64,000 bases of DNA from a virus, in IMG/VR virus record IMGVR_UViG_3300042691_053605, positions 78,918-142,917 of that record; one strand, written 5' to 3'. The notes under the pieces were generated by a model that saw only the letters and a list, made by a program, of their open reading frames with translations, made no database searches and was not told where the DNA came from. A program made the position numbers and the translations under genes. Positions 56,223 through 64,000 of the stretch are shown one piece after another (within the stretch, counting starts at the first letter, position 1; every line of letters begins with the position of its first letter).

Positions 56223-58145
56223 TTACGCGATGTTGATTGGCAAAGTACCGCTGTTCCAGTTTGCACCAGTAGTTGTATCAGTGAAAGTGTTAACTACGAA
56301 AGTCAAGTACTGAGTTTCTGGGTGGAAACCAGCTTCAACCAAAGCATAGCGAGATTTAACCGCGATCTTTGGAGCCATTGTACCTTCAGCAATAGTCTGG
56401 ATAGACTCAGCCATCAAGTAAGGCATGAATTTCAAACCTGGCTCTTCGTCAGCTCCTTTACGTCCTACGCAAACACGAGTGTCATTGTAATTCATATTAG
56501 GATCAACATAGATAGTCAAACCAGCAAGAGTACCGATTGGGTAAAGAGCACCGTTGTTTTGGTTGATTGTGTTAGCCAATGGATAGAAAGTAAACTGTGC
56601 AGAATCTTGCAATGCAGTAGCAATTTGCAAGTTAGTTACCGCAAAGTTTGCAGGACCACGACGGCCACGTTGAGCTACCATGTTAGCAGCAGCCAATACT
56701 TTAGATTGGATACGACGTTGAATAGTTCCTTGGTTTTCAAAAGCAGAAGTTGTACCACCGTAAATTGGGAAAGTGCTAATTGGAATAGACAATGTTGAAT
56801 ATATTCCAGATGCAGGAGCAGTTTCTTCATTACCCAATCCTAATGCAGCGGTTACAGCAGGTGAAGTCGCAGGATCCAACTGTACGTTGAAGTTAGTTCC
56901 CTCTACATTGTTAACGTTGTAGTGGTTCTGCCATCCCAATGCAAATGCACGGAACAAGATGTGCTTATTGATTGACTGAGAAATGTCGTTAACCAACGCA
57001 TTTTCCATCATAGAAAGAACATCGATACCGTATTGACGGTTCAAATCTTGGATTTGCTCAGTAGTTACAGTAGCAGCAACTTGGAAAGTTTCAGCTTCTA
57101 CAAACTTAGTGAATGCCTGCATTCCCATAGTTCTGTACTGAGTAGTTTCACCAACACCACGACGCATTGGCTCATAAGCAGACAAAGCATTTACAGAGTT
57201 TCCGCTGAAAGCTGCATTGTCATTTGGACCTGAACCAGCAAAACCTTGTACGTGATCTTCTAGAGCACGTACCAATTCAACAACACCGTCTACATCACCA
57301 GCAGCAGAACCACCAGTTAATGAAAGTGTACCAGTTGTCCAAGTGTTTCCAGCTAAAGTAGCAGAAGCAGCTGTGTAAATAGCAGAATCAGCGCCTGCAA
57401 CAATTACGTCAGCAAAAGTTATACCTTGTGTAGCGTTTGAAGGTATATTGGAATAGTCAACTACACCAGCAGTTACTGCAGATACATCAGCAGATTCACC
57501 AACTACACGGAAAATCAATCCGCCATCGATACGAGATTTACCAACCCATGCAACAAGAAGTCCTTTTACGTCGGTGTCTACAGCGTCAGCAGTAAATACG
57601 TAGTATGTACCAATAGCAGATGCAGCAACTGCATTGTAAATTGCAGTCGTAACAGAATTACGAGCAACTTTGAACACCAAGAATTTGTCAGTGAAATTAG
57701 CATTGTTAGTCAATGGGTTACCTTGACCTGCAATACCAGGGGCGTTTACATCACGGCCACCAGCATATACATAATCCAAATAGGTCAATACTCCTGAAGG
57801 ACCGTTCATTGGGATAACAGGAACGATATCAAAACCAACAGTTCTTGCAGCAACTTGAATTGCCAATGGAAGAAGTGAAGGGAATTTATCGCCAGATCCT
57901 TGAGAACCAGCACCATAGAAGTTCAACGCGCCACCAGCAACTGTAGATGCAGGAGCAACGTTACCCATACCTGGGGTGTTAAGAAGAGATGCCTGTGGGT
58001 AGGTGAATCCTTCGTTTAGAGAGTGATAGTGAGCATACTTACTCATCCATCCCAATTTTGCATTGTCAGAAATTCCGGTTTGCGATTCGATAATCGGTGA
58101 CCAGGTCTCTAACACTTGCGCTTCATTAATAAGCTTACCGTTCAT
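56223..58145 (-). CDS. major capsid protein (T4 gp23-like)
   Basis: VPVIPMNGPSG, TTEQIQDL, RRGPANF, MPYLMAE and KSRYAL. Confidence 0.93.
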   Translation of the reverse strand: MNGKLINEAQVLETWSPIIESQTGISDNAKLGWMSKYAHYHSLNEGFTYPQASLLNTPGMGNVAPASTVAGGALNFYGAGSQGSGDKFPSLLPLAIQVAARTVGFDIVPVIPMNGPSGVLTYLDYVYAGGRDVNAPGIAGQGNPLTNNANFTDKFLVFKVARNSVTTAIYNAVAASAIGTYYVFTADAVDTDVKGLLVAWVGKSRIDGGLIFRVVGESADVSAVTAGVVDYSNIPSNATQGITFADVIVAGADSAIYTAASATLAGNTWTTGTLSLTGGSAAGDVDGVVELVRALEDHVQGFAGSGPNDNAAFSGNSVNALSAYEPMRRGVGETTQYRTMGMQAFTKFVEAETFQVAATVTTEQIQDLNRQYGIDVLSMMENALVNDISQSINKHILFRAFALGWQNHYNVNNVEGTNFNVQLDPATSPAVTAALGLGNEETAPASGIYSTLSIPISTFPIYGGTTSAFENQGTIQRRIQSKVLAAANMVAQRGRRGPANFAVTNLQIATALQDSAQFTFYPLANTINQNNGALYPIGTLAGLTIYVDPNMNYNDTRVCVGRKGADEEPGLKFMPYLMAESIQTIAEGTMAPKIAVKSRYALVEAGFHPETQYLTFVVNTFTDTTTGANWNSGTLPINIA

Positions 58146-58174
58146 GGTTTTATTGTGTTTTTTGTGTTTTTAGT

Positions 58175-60070
58175 TTATCGTTTGTTGTAACGATTTAGAC
58201 CTTGTTTTACACTTTCGATGTAAGCAGCATTATAGCCTAATACTGGTGTTTTCTCATCAATTGTATTTTCTGGTGTAGCGGATTCGTTAACTACTCCTAC
58301 CTCAGGTACGAATGTAGCGCCCAAACCACGGGTTTGCCAGAAATTTTTGACTTGGTAGTCAGTCTCTAAACGATAGACTTTTGATTGACGAATAATACGG
58401 TCTTTTGTCTCAGCAGAAGCGTTTTCCCATAAAGGAAGGAATTCCGCAGGAATATCAGACAACCATTTTTCATTAACCTCAGTCTTTGCAAGAGCATTTT
58501 CCCAAACTGAGCAAACTCCAGCCTCATCATATGCAGGCTTAGCATTCCAAGCATTTGTGACCCTCATCTTATCGGCCTCGCTCAAAGCAGAAAAAGCATT
58601 TACTTTTTCTTCACTTAAGAACTTTACAAATGGATAAGTTTTGTCCAAAGAAGTTGATTCCATTCTCTGTTTTTCAATGGATTCAAGGACATTTTTGATT
58701 TTTTCATTCAAGTTAGAGTAGCGTGACATAATACCACGGCTCTCTGTAACAGCACCATTAAGGATGCCTTTTTCTGATTTGTTCTTTTCTTCTTCTTCCT
58801 CTTCAACCTCGTTCAAATCATTGTTGCGGCCTTTAACGCCACCATTGATCCCTTCAGCAATGTACTCAGCGTACTCAGTAAGTGCTTTAAGATCTTCTTT
58901 AGTAGCAGAATTTTCCGCCAAATATTCTGAGTAACGAATAGAGTTATCAGCGTGCTCAGCAATATGCTCAGCGTAACCGATAGTCTTTGTTAATTTCTCA
59001 GCAAGGTATTCAGCGTAACCAAGACCTTGGTTTTGCTTTTCAGCCAAATAGTTAGTGAACTCAATAGTCTGACCAAGTTTTTCAGAAATGCTTTCAGCAT
59101 ATTGAATTCCTTTGTCAGTTCTTTCAGCGATATGCTCTGCGTAAGCAATACCAGCGTCAGCCTTTTCAGCAACGTGTTCAGCGTATTCAATTCCTTGGTT
59201 TACTTTCTCAGCCAAGTAATTTGAATAACCTAAAGCCTTATTTTGTTCTTCAGCAAGGTAAGAAGCGTATTGCTTCAAATTATTTACCTCTTCTTGAAGA
59301 GCCAATATCTTTGCCTCTTTGTCTTCTGACTCAGAGATTTTTTCCAAACGACCATTGATTCTTTCAATTTCTTCTTTGATAATTAAAGAATACTTGTTCA
59401 TGTCGTCAATTGTAACAAATTCCTGCATTTTTTCTGGTGTTTTTTCAGTATTTGGATTATTTATCTCCTCTGAATCCATGCTTTCTAAAAAAGCCTTAGA
59501 AGTCTTATCGGACATATCATAGATAGCAAGAGTATCATCATCGTTGTACCCAAGGCTTTCGTTAATACGCTTCATTTGCGCGTTTTCAAAACCAGGATCA
59601 GCAACCAAATCGTAAGTGAAGATTCTCTTAATCTGTACTTTTTTGTTTTCTCCAACAACACCAGCCGCGCGAGATGAAATACTAATAGGAACTCCGCTGT
59701 CTACCAAGTTCTTGGCAATTTGGCCAGAAGGAGTATCAAGCAATTTGATCTTTCCTACGATTTGACGCTTTTTAGAATCATAACGGATATCCTCAATAAG
59801 GTGAGATACCTTATTCAAAGAGATATCAAATTTCTCAGGATGATCCAATTCTCCAAGAAGACGCTTTTCTTCAATCTTCTTTTTCAAATAGTCCAAGTGA
59901 GGAAGGTATTCCTTTTCTTCGTATATGCGGTGGTTGTTATTCTCAACTCCAAACTGAGCGAAGATACCCTCGAGTACATAATCATCATTCGTACGAGAAA
60001 CGCTTAGGTTTTCGCCAGAACGCTCGAGAATCATTACAAATTGTTTATTGCTCATCAATTCTGTTTTCAT
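58175..60070 (-). CDS. prohead core protease (gp21-like) fused to a scaffold-like repeat region
   Basis: LEGIF..ENNNHRIY, LGELDHP, VSH, ISSRAAG and YDLVADPGF; YAEYLAEK repeats; late promoter at 60076-60084. Confidence 0.9.
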   Translation of the reverse strand: MKTELMSNKQFVMILERSGENLSVSRTNDDYVLEGIFAQFGVENNNHRIYEEKEYLPHLDYLKKKIEEKRLLGELDHPEKFDISLNKVSHLIEDIRYDSKKRQIVGKIKLLDTPSGQIAKNLVDSGVPISISSRAAGVVGENKKVQIKRIFTYDLVADPGFENAQMKRINESLGYNDDDTLAIYDMSDKTSKAFLESMDSEEINNPNTEKTPEKMQEFVTIDDMNKYSLIIKEEIERINGRLEKISESEDKEAKILALQEEVNNLKQYASYLAEEQNKALGYSNYLAEKVNQGIEYAEHVAEKADAGIAYAEHIAERTDKGIQYAESISEKLGQTIEFTNYLAEKQNQGLGYAEYLAEKLTKTIGYAEHIAEHADNSIRYSEYLAENSATKEDLKALTEYAEYIAEGINGGVKGRNNDLNEVEEEEEEKNKSEKGILNGAVTESRGIMSRYSNLNEKIKNVLESIEKQRMESTSLDKTYPFVKFLSEEKVNAFSALSEADKMRVTNAWNAKPAYDEAGVCSVWENALAKTEVNEKWLSDIPAEFLPLWENASAETKDRIIRQSKVYRLETDYQVKNFWQTRGLGATFVPEVGVVNESATPENTIDEKTPVLGYNAAYIESVKQGLNRYNKR

Positions 60071-60102
60071 TTTTACTATATATCAACACTGTTTTTTGTT
60101 GG

Positions 60103-60591
60103 CTATTCACTTTTTGGCTTTTCTATGTTACCCAGATTGCCTAAAAATTCAAATTGCTTTTCTTGTAAATTGCAGGTAAAGAAAGGGTTAATTTTTGAAA
60201 ATCTGTCAATGTATTCGTCATCCAAAATGGTTTGAAATACCGTTACGCCATGATTGCGTACATGTTCCACGTAAAACGGATTGTCATCAAAGAAAATGTC
60301 AATATCGTATTTTTTAATAAGAGCTAATTTATGGTCCCGCATTCTGAGAAAATGTGAAGAGTTCATATTCTTTTTATCGTACTCATATCCAGGAAGAATA
60401 TCAGTATAGCTGTCTCGCGGAAAACCCAGTACTTCAAGTTCATCTTTTACCTCTTCCAATTTAGAAGCAGGGGTTCCAGTAACAATGTAGATATTTCCGA
60501 ATGCTTTCCAGGAAGAGAAGAAATTTTGAAAGAATTTCGGATTGTAACTCAGTGTGTCATGATAATCGACACCAATGTTCATTTTGCTCAT
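60103..60591 (-). CDS. HAD-like phosphatase
   Basis: GVDYHDTL, VTG, K and FFDDN; likely start at 60591. Confidence 0.7.
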   Translation of the reverse strand: MSKMNIGVDYHDTLSYNPKFFQNFFSSWKAFGNIYIVTGTPASKLEEVKDELEVLGFPRDSYTDILPGYEYDKKNMNSSHFLRMRDHKLALIKKYDIDIFFDDNPFYVEHVRNHGVTVFQTILDDEYIDRFSKINPFFTCNLQEKQFEFLGNLGNIEKPKSE

Positions 60592-60592
60592 A

Positions 60593-61015
60593 TTATTTAA
60601 GTGAAAGTATTTTTTCTTTAAGTTCCGTTGTGGAAATCCCCTGCATTCGTGGAATGTATACCACTTCGATACCGGCATCGTGGCATTTTTCAATGGCAAT
60701 ACGGTGGGCTTCCAAATACCCAAATTCTTCGCCAACTGCAAGCACCTCAACTCCTAAAAAATCTACCATTTTGTAATAGTCTAAGTCGCGGTAAATTACC
60801 GTGGAATCCACAAGATCCAAGGAATCCAACACCTCTCTTCTCCATATATCGGTTACTACTGGTGGATTATCTTTGGTAACACATACCATTTCATCGGAAC
60901 AGACTCCTACAATTAATTGCGTACCGTGTTTTTTGGCTTCACGAAGAACATTTAAGTGGCCAACATGAAATAAGTCCCAGACGCCTGGGATATAGACTCT
61001 CTTTATCTTTTGCAT
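60593..61015 (-). CDS. cytidylyltransferase (TagD/GCT-like)
   Basis: GVWDLFHVGH and RMQGISTT. Confidence 0.9.
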   Translation of the reverse strand: MQKIKRVYIPGVWDLFHVGHLNVLREAKKHGTQLIVGVCSDEMVCVTKDNPPVVTDIWRREVLDSLDLVDSTVIYRDLDYYKMVDFLGVEVLAVGEEFGYLEAHRIAIEKCHDAGIEVVYIPRMQGISTTELKEKILSLK

Positions 61016-61623
61016 AGGAAAAACATTTGCTTGGTTGAATACGCGCTTTCTATTTCATCAGGAAATGCGCGGCTAACAGTTACATTAGAAAAACTCTTTT
61101 TGAAAATTTCCACATATTCATCAGCTGTTCGGTAACAGCCGGAATAGTCGGTTTGGAATTCTTCAGAAAATTTGTTAATGACCAGCCTCTCATTATTGCA
61201 GGAGATCCGTGCAATAAAGATATCCGACTTTATGGACTTTACAATTTCTTCTACTTTATGATCATCAAAAACATACATCAGCATATTCATTGAAATTGTA
61301 ACATCGGTATCTGGAAGTTCTCCGTTTTCTTCATTACCGTTCCACACATGCGTATGCAGATTGCTATCACGGTTTCCTCCAATAGTGTTAAGCATGCCCT
61401 GACTAATATCATAACAATAATATTCACTAATGTAAGTAAGTTCTCGTAAAAGTATTACGGTGGATCCGTTTCCGCAGCCAAGGTCCAACAGAGATTTGGC
61501 GGTATGCGGAATTTCTTTCAGAAGATAATCTATCTCATGCTTTCGTCTCTCTTTGACAAATGGATAGTTTGGATAAAAATCGGTGGATTCCCAAAAATTC
61601 TGGGAAACCGTTTCGTTTTGCAT
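61003..61623 (-). CDS. class I SAM-dependent methyltransferase
   Basis: LLDLGCGNG and YDIS. Confidence 0.85.
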   Translation of the reverse strand: MQNETVSQNFWESTDFYPNYPFVKERRKHEIDYLLKEIPHTAKSLLDLGCGNGSTVILLRELTYISEYYCYDISQGMLNTIGGNRDSNLHTHVWNGNEENGELPDTDVTISMNMLMYVFDDHKVEEIVKSIKSDIFIARISCNNERLVINKFSEEFQTDYSGCYRTADEYVEIFKKSFSNVTVSRAFPDEIESAYSTKQMFFLCKR

Positions 61624-61634
61624 AAAATAAGGTT

Positions 61635-62372
61635 TTAAGAGGTTCTAACTTCTCCCGTGTGTGTTGCCCAGTTGTAATAATACGGTCCGTGTTCTTTCTT
61701 GGGAACTATGTAAAAGCCTTTGTTTTCTTTACTGCTTACATAATGAGGATCGGGTTCTTTCCAGCCTTTTCCAAATACGTGTTCAAGATAGCCTTCAACC
61801 GGCTTAGGTGTTTTGAAAGTATTGCCTTCAAATGTAAGTTTATCTAGGCTATCGGTAAATTTGTTTGGAATTCTAAAATAGGTTCCACCCAGCTTAAACA
61901 ATCGGTAATCTTTGTGAGGATAGAGGATAAACATATCCGTCCAAATTTGGCGGCCTTTGAAAGTGGTTCTTTTGCCGTTCTTTTCAAGTGAATGGTATTT
62001 TAGAGACTTTGGCTGTACAAATTTTTCTTTATCTTCCCAATCCGGAAATTCGTTTGGCTGCATAAAGTTTCCTTTGTTTTCCGGAGATACGCAATGCTTT
62101 TCAAGATCCTTTAAGAATTCTGGAGTTATATCCGATGACATAATAGAAATATCGTTGTCGCTATCGGCTTTGATAATTTTCTTATCGCGGTACAGACCTA
62201 ATAGAGTTCCGCCGTCCAGAAAATACTTTACTTTATGCTTATCACAAAGCTCGCAGGTTTTTACAAGGTTGTCAAGCTTAAGTTTTTCAAACTCTTTATG
62301 ATCTGCGTCAGACCAACCAGTGGTGCGGATTCCGGATTCAGCAAGCCATTCTTCGTAATTGTACATAGTCAT
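61635..62372 (-). CDS. LicD-family nucleotidyl/phosphotransferase
   Basis: YFLDGGTLLGLYR....DSDNDI; YLEHVFG.GW..P; N-terminus MTMYNYEEWLAE. Confidence 0.85.
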   Translation of the reverse strand: MTMYNYEEWLAESGIRTTGWSDADHKEFEKLKLDNLVKTCELCDKHKVKYFLDGGTLLGLYRDKKIIKADSDNDISIMSSDITPEFLKDLEKHCVSPENKGNFMQPNEFPDWEDKEKFVQPKSLKYHSLEKNGKRTTFKGRQIWTDMFILYPHKDYRLFKLGGTYFRIPNKFTDSLDKLTFEGNTFKTPKPVEGYLEHVFGKGWKEPDPHYVSSKENKGFYIVPKKEHGPYYYNWATHTGEVRTS

Positions 62373-62615
62373 TTACCAATTTTGAATATACGCAACATAT
62401 CGTTTTCCTTCTACCATTGATGCCTGAACAAAATCATCATTCCATTCTGACAGTTTTACCTCTTGCAGAAAATAGTCAACAGCTGGTTTGCTATCAAAAA
62501 GTACCGATACACCGGATTCGTCTTCTCTAATGAAATAGAGTTCAGAATCAAATCCTGCTCGGTCAAGCAAAATTTCAACAATTTTCCGTATTTCTTTCAC
62601 ACCACGCATAGTCAT
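62373..62615 (-). CDS. hypothetical protein
   Basis: 80 aa; late promoter at 62627-62635. Confidence 0.5.
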   Translation of the reverse strand: MTMRGVKEIRKIVEILLDRAGFDSELYFIREDESGVSVLFDSKPAVDYFLQEVKLSEWNDDFVQASMVEGKRYVAYIQNW

Positions 62616-62656
62616 TGCGATTTAGACTATATATCATAATTGGTGCGGACGCCTTT

Positions 62657-62923
62657 TTATTTTTTTCGGTCAACTAGTATTTGCTTAAACTTTTCAATAA
62701 TGTTCATACCAAAAAGAACAACTGGAGTTTTGCCATCCTCTTCTATTACTAGAGTAGGGACAAATTTTACGCCAAGAGCGCTTGCCATTTTCTGGTTTTG
62801 ATTGTAATTTAAGTCTTCAAAAGAGAGTTCTGGAGCCATGTGCTCCAGAACTTTAGTCATCTGCTCCTTAAAAGGCTGGCAGGCTTTGCAATGAGTATTT
62901 GAAAAAACTGTAAGTTTCATCAT
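62657..62923 (-). CDS. thioredoxin/glutaredoxin-like protein
   Basis: CKAC motif and VPT. Confidence 0.8.
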   Translation of the reverse strand: MMKLTVFSNTHCKACQPFKEQMTKVLEHMAPELSFEDLNYNQNQKMASALGVKFVPTLVIEEDGKTPVVLFGMNIIEKFKQILVDRKK

Positions 62924-63351
62924 TCAACAATTTGTATTTCAATAATCTTGTCTCCTTGACGGATTTGATCAATTACTTCTAAACCGCTAACCACCCTTCC
63001 AAAACAGGTATGGTTGCGATCCAAATGCGCGGTATTTTGACGACTATGACAGATAAAGAATTGTGATCCACCGGTGTTTCTACCCGCATGCGCCATTGAT
63101 AATACTCCTCGATCATGATATTGGTTTTCACCGCTAAGTTCACAGACAATTTGATAACCAGGTCCACCGGTTCCATCGCCTTTTGGACACCCGCCTTGAA
63201 TTACAAAGTTTGGAATAACACGGTGAAAATTTAGTCCATTATAGAATCCTTTGCGGGATAAGTCAACAAAATTGTTAACGGTTTTAGGAGCGTCCTTTTC
63301 ATAGAGCTCCACATTCATGTCACCTTTTTCTGTTTTAATGATTGCTTTCAT
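62920..63351 (-). CDS. cyclophilin-type peptidyl-prolyl isomerase
   Basis: [13 protein letters not shown] and [16 protein letters not shown]; start MKAIIK at 63351. Confidence 0.95.
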   Translation of the reverse strand: MKAIIKTEKGDMNVELYEKDAPKTVNNFVDLSRKGFYNGLNFHRVIPNFVIQGGCPKGDGTGGPGYQIVCELSGENQYHDRGVLSMAHAGRNTGGSQFFICHSRQNTAHLDRNHTCFGRVVSGLEVIDQIRQGDKIIEIQIVE

Positions 63352-63622
63352 ATATTTGTTTGTAGATTGTGTACAAGTCATCGGATGTTTTTAATCCGGT
63401 AAGAGTTTTTACGGGCTTTCCATCTTTAATAAAGACTGTATGCGGTATGGATCGAACGCCATATTCATTAGAGATTTCCGCATTTTGCGCTTCATCAACA
63501 TCAAGATCCAAGACCTCAATATTGGATTCTGCAATCATTTGCTTAAACTGCTCCATGTGTGGTTTCATGGCTTTACATGGTCCACACCATTCCGCGCCAA
63601 ATTTAATTATTTTGTTATTCAT
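63335..63622 (-). CDS. thioredoxin
   Basis: WCGPC and VRSIP; start MNNKII at 63622. Confidence 0.92.
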   Translation of the reverse strand: MNNKIIKFGAEWCGPCKAMKPHMEQFKQMIAESNIEVLDLDVDEAQNAEISNEYGVRSIPHTVFIKDGKPVKTLTGLKTSDDLYTIYKQIYESNH

Positions 63623-63917
63623 ATCCTTTGTTTTCGTAATGTATCGGGTTTTTGCAATTTCCTTTATGGGATCCCCATTGGTGATTTCCGTAACCAACCA
63701 CAATATACTCGCAGCCTTCCAAGGTAAAGACCGTATATCTCTTATTGTAATACTGCGATGTGCTGTCCAGTTCTAATCGATTTGTTTGGACTACAGGTTT
63801 TGCTCCATTTTCTTTTGCAGGGTTACAGCCTGTTAGCAAAATAGCAGCCACCAGAATTACAAATAGAGTTAAAAATACAATAAGGAGTAACTCTAGTGGT
63901 TTTGGATCTTTTTTCAT
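63615..63917 (-). CDS. putative lipoprotein/membrane protein
   Basis: Hydrophobic N-terminus ending LTGC. Confidence 0.55.
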   Translation of the reverse strand: MKKDPKPLELLLIVFLTLFVILVAAILLTGCNPAKENGAKPVVQTNRLELDSTSQYYNKRYTVFTLEGCEYIVVGYGNHQWGSHKGNCKNPIHYENKGYE

Positions 63918-63931
63918 ATCATAAATTTTAG

Positions 63932-64000
63932 TACCCCGTGTAGGACTCGAACCTACACCCGAAGACTAGATCCTAAGTCTAGCGCGTCTACCAATTCCGC
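63932..64000 (-). tRNA. tRNA-Leu(TAG), 5' end cut off by the window edge
   Basis: D arm GCGGAATTGGTAGACGC; anticodon arm CTAGA-CTTAGGA-TCTAG; T arm GTAGG-TTCGAGT-CCTAC; CCA not encoded. Confidence 0.9.

Noticed and set aside
56151-56798. 215-aa plus-strand ORF, and the many other short plus-strand ORFs in the track
   Set aside because: Antisense shadows of real minus-strand genes (here the capsid gene); no motifs or promoters.
1-64000. Stop-codon reassignment as seen in some large phages
   Set aside because: Conserved genes are full length in the standard code and coding density is high.

Overview
A 64-kb, AT-rich, gene-dense stretch almost entirely on the minus strand, read in the standard genetic code. 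It is part of a large T4-like (jumbo-type) myophage genome: it holds a gp23-like major capsid protein, a gp21-like prohead protease and gp5/gp53-like baseplate genes. A Bacteroidota host is likely, based on a DUF4494-like gene, short lipoproteins and A-rich starts with no obvious Shine-Dalgarno sequence. Main modules: (1) baseplate genes plus a ribosomal S1-like protein; (2) a lysis cassette directly downstream of a complete phage-encoded two-component system (two histidine kinases, an exported protein, a stand-alone receiver and a membrane protein); (3) a cytosine hypermodification cluster (gp42-like dCMP hydroxymethylase, dNMP kinase, alpha- and beta-glucosyltransferase-like enzymes, sugar-nucleotide enzymes and two atypical C5-methyltransferase paralogs); (4) an ECF sigma factor with a recognisable promoter regulon, next to a Ro60/TROVE gene preceded by two Y/Yrl-like RNAs; (5) a family of five paralogous putative virion proteins; (6) an unannotated structured ncRNA of about 280 nt behind a late promoter; (7) a LicD/cytidylyltransferase/methyltransferase cluster, a SET-domain gene, thioredoxins, a cyclophilin and a partial tRNA-Leu. 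Two promoter classes can be read from the sequence: GATATATAG (late) and (A/G)AAC-N14-GAATATA (ECF-like). All family assignments come from motif recognition by eye; no database searches were run.
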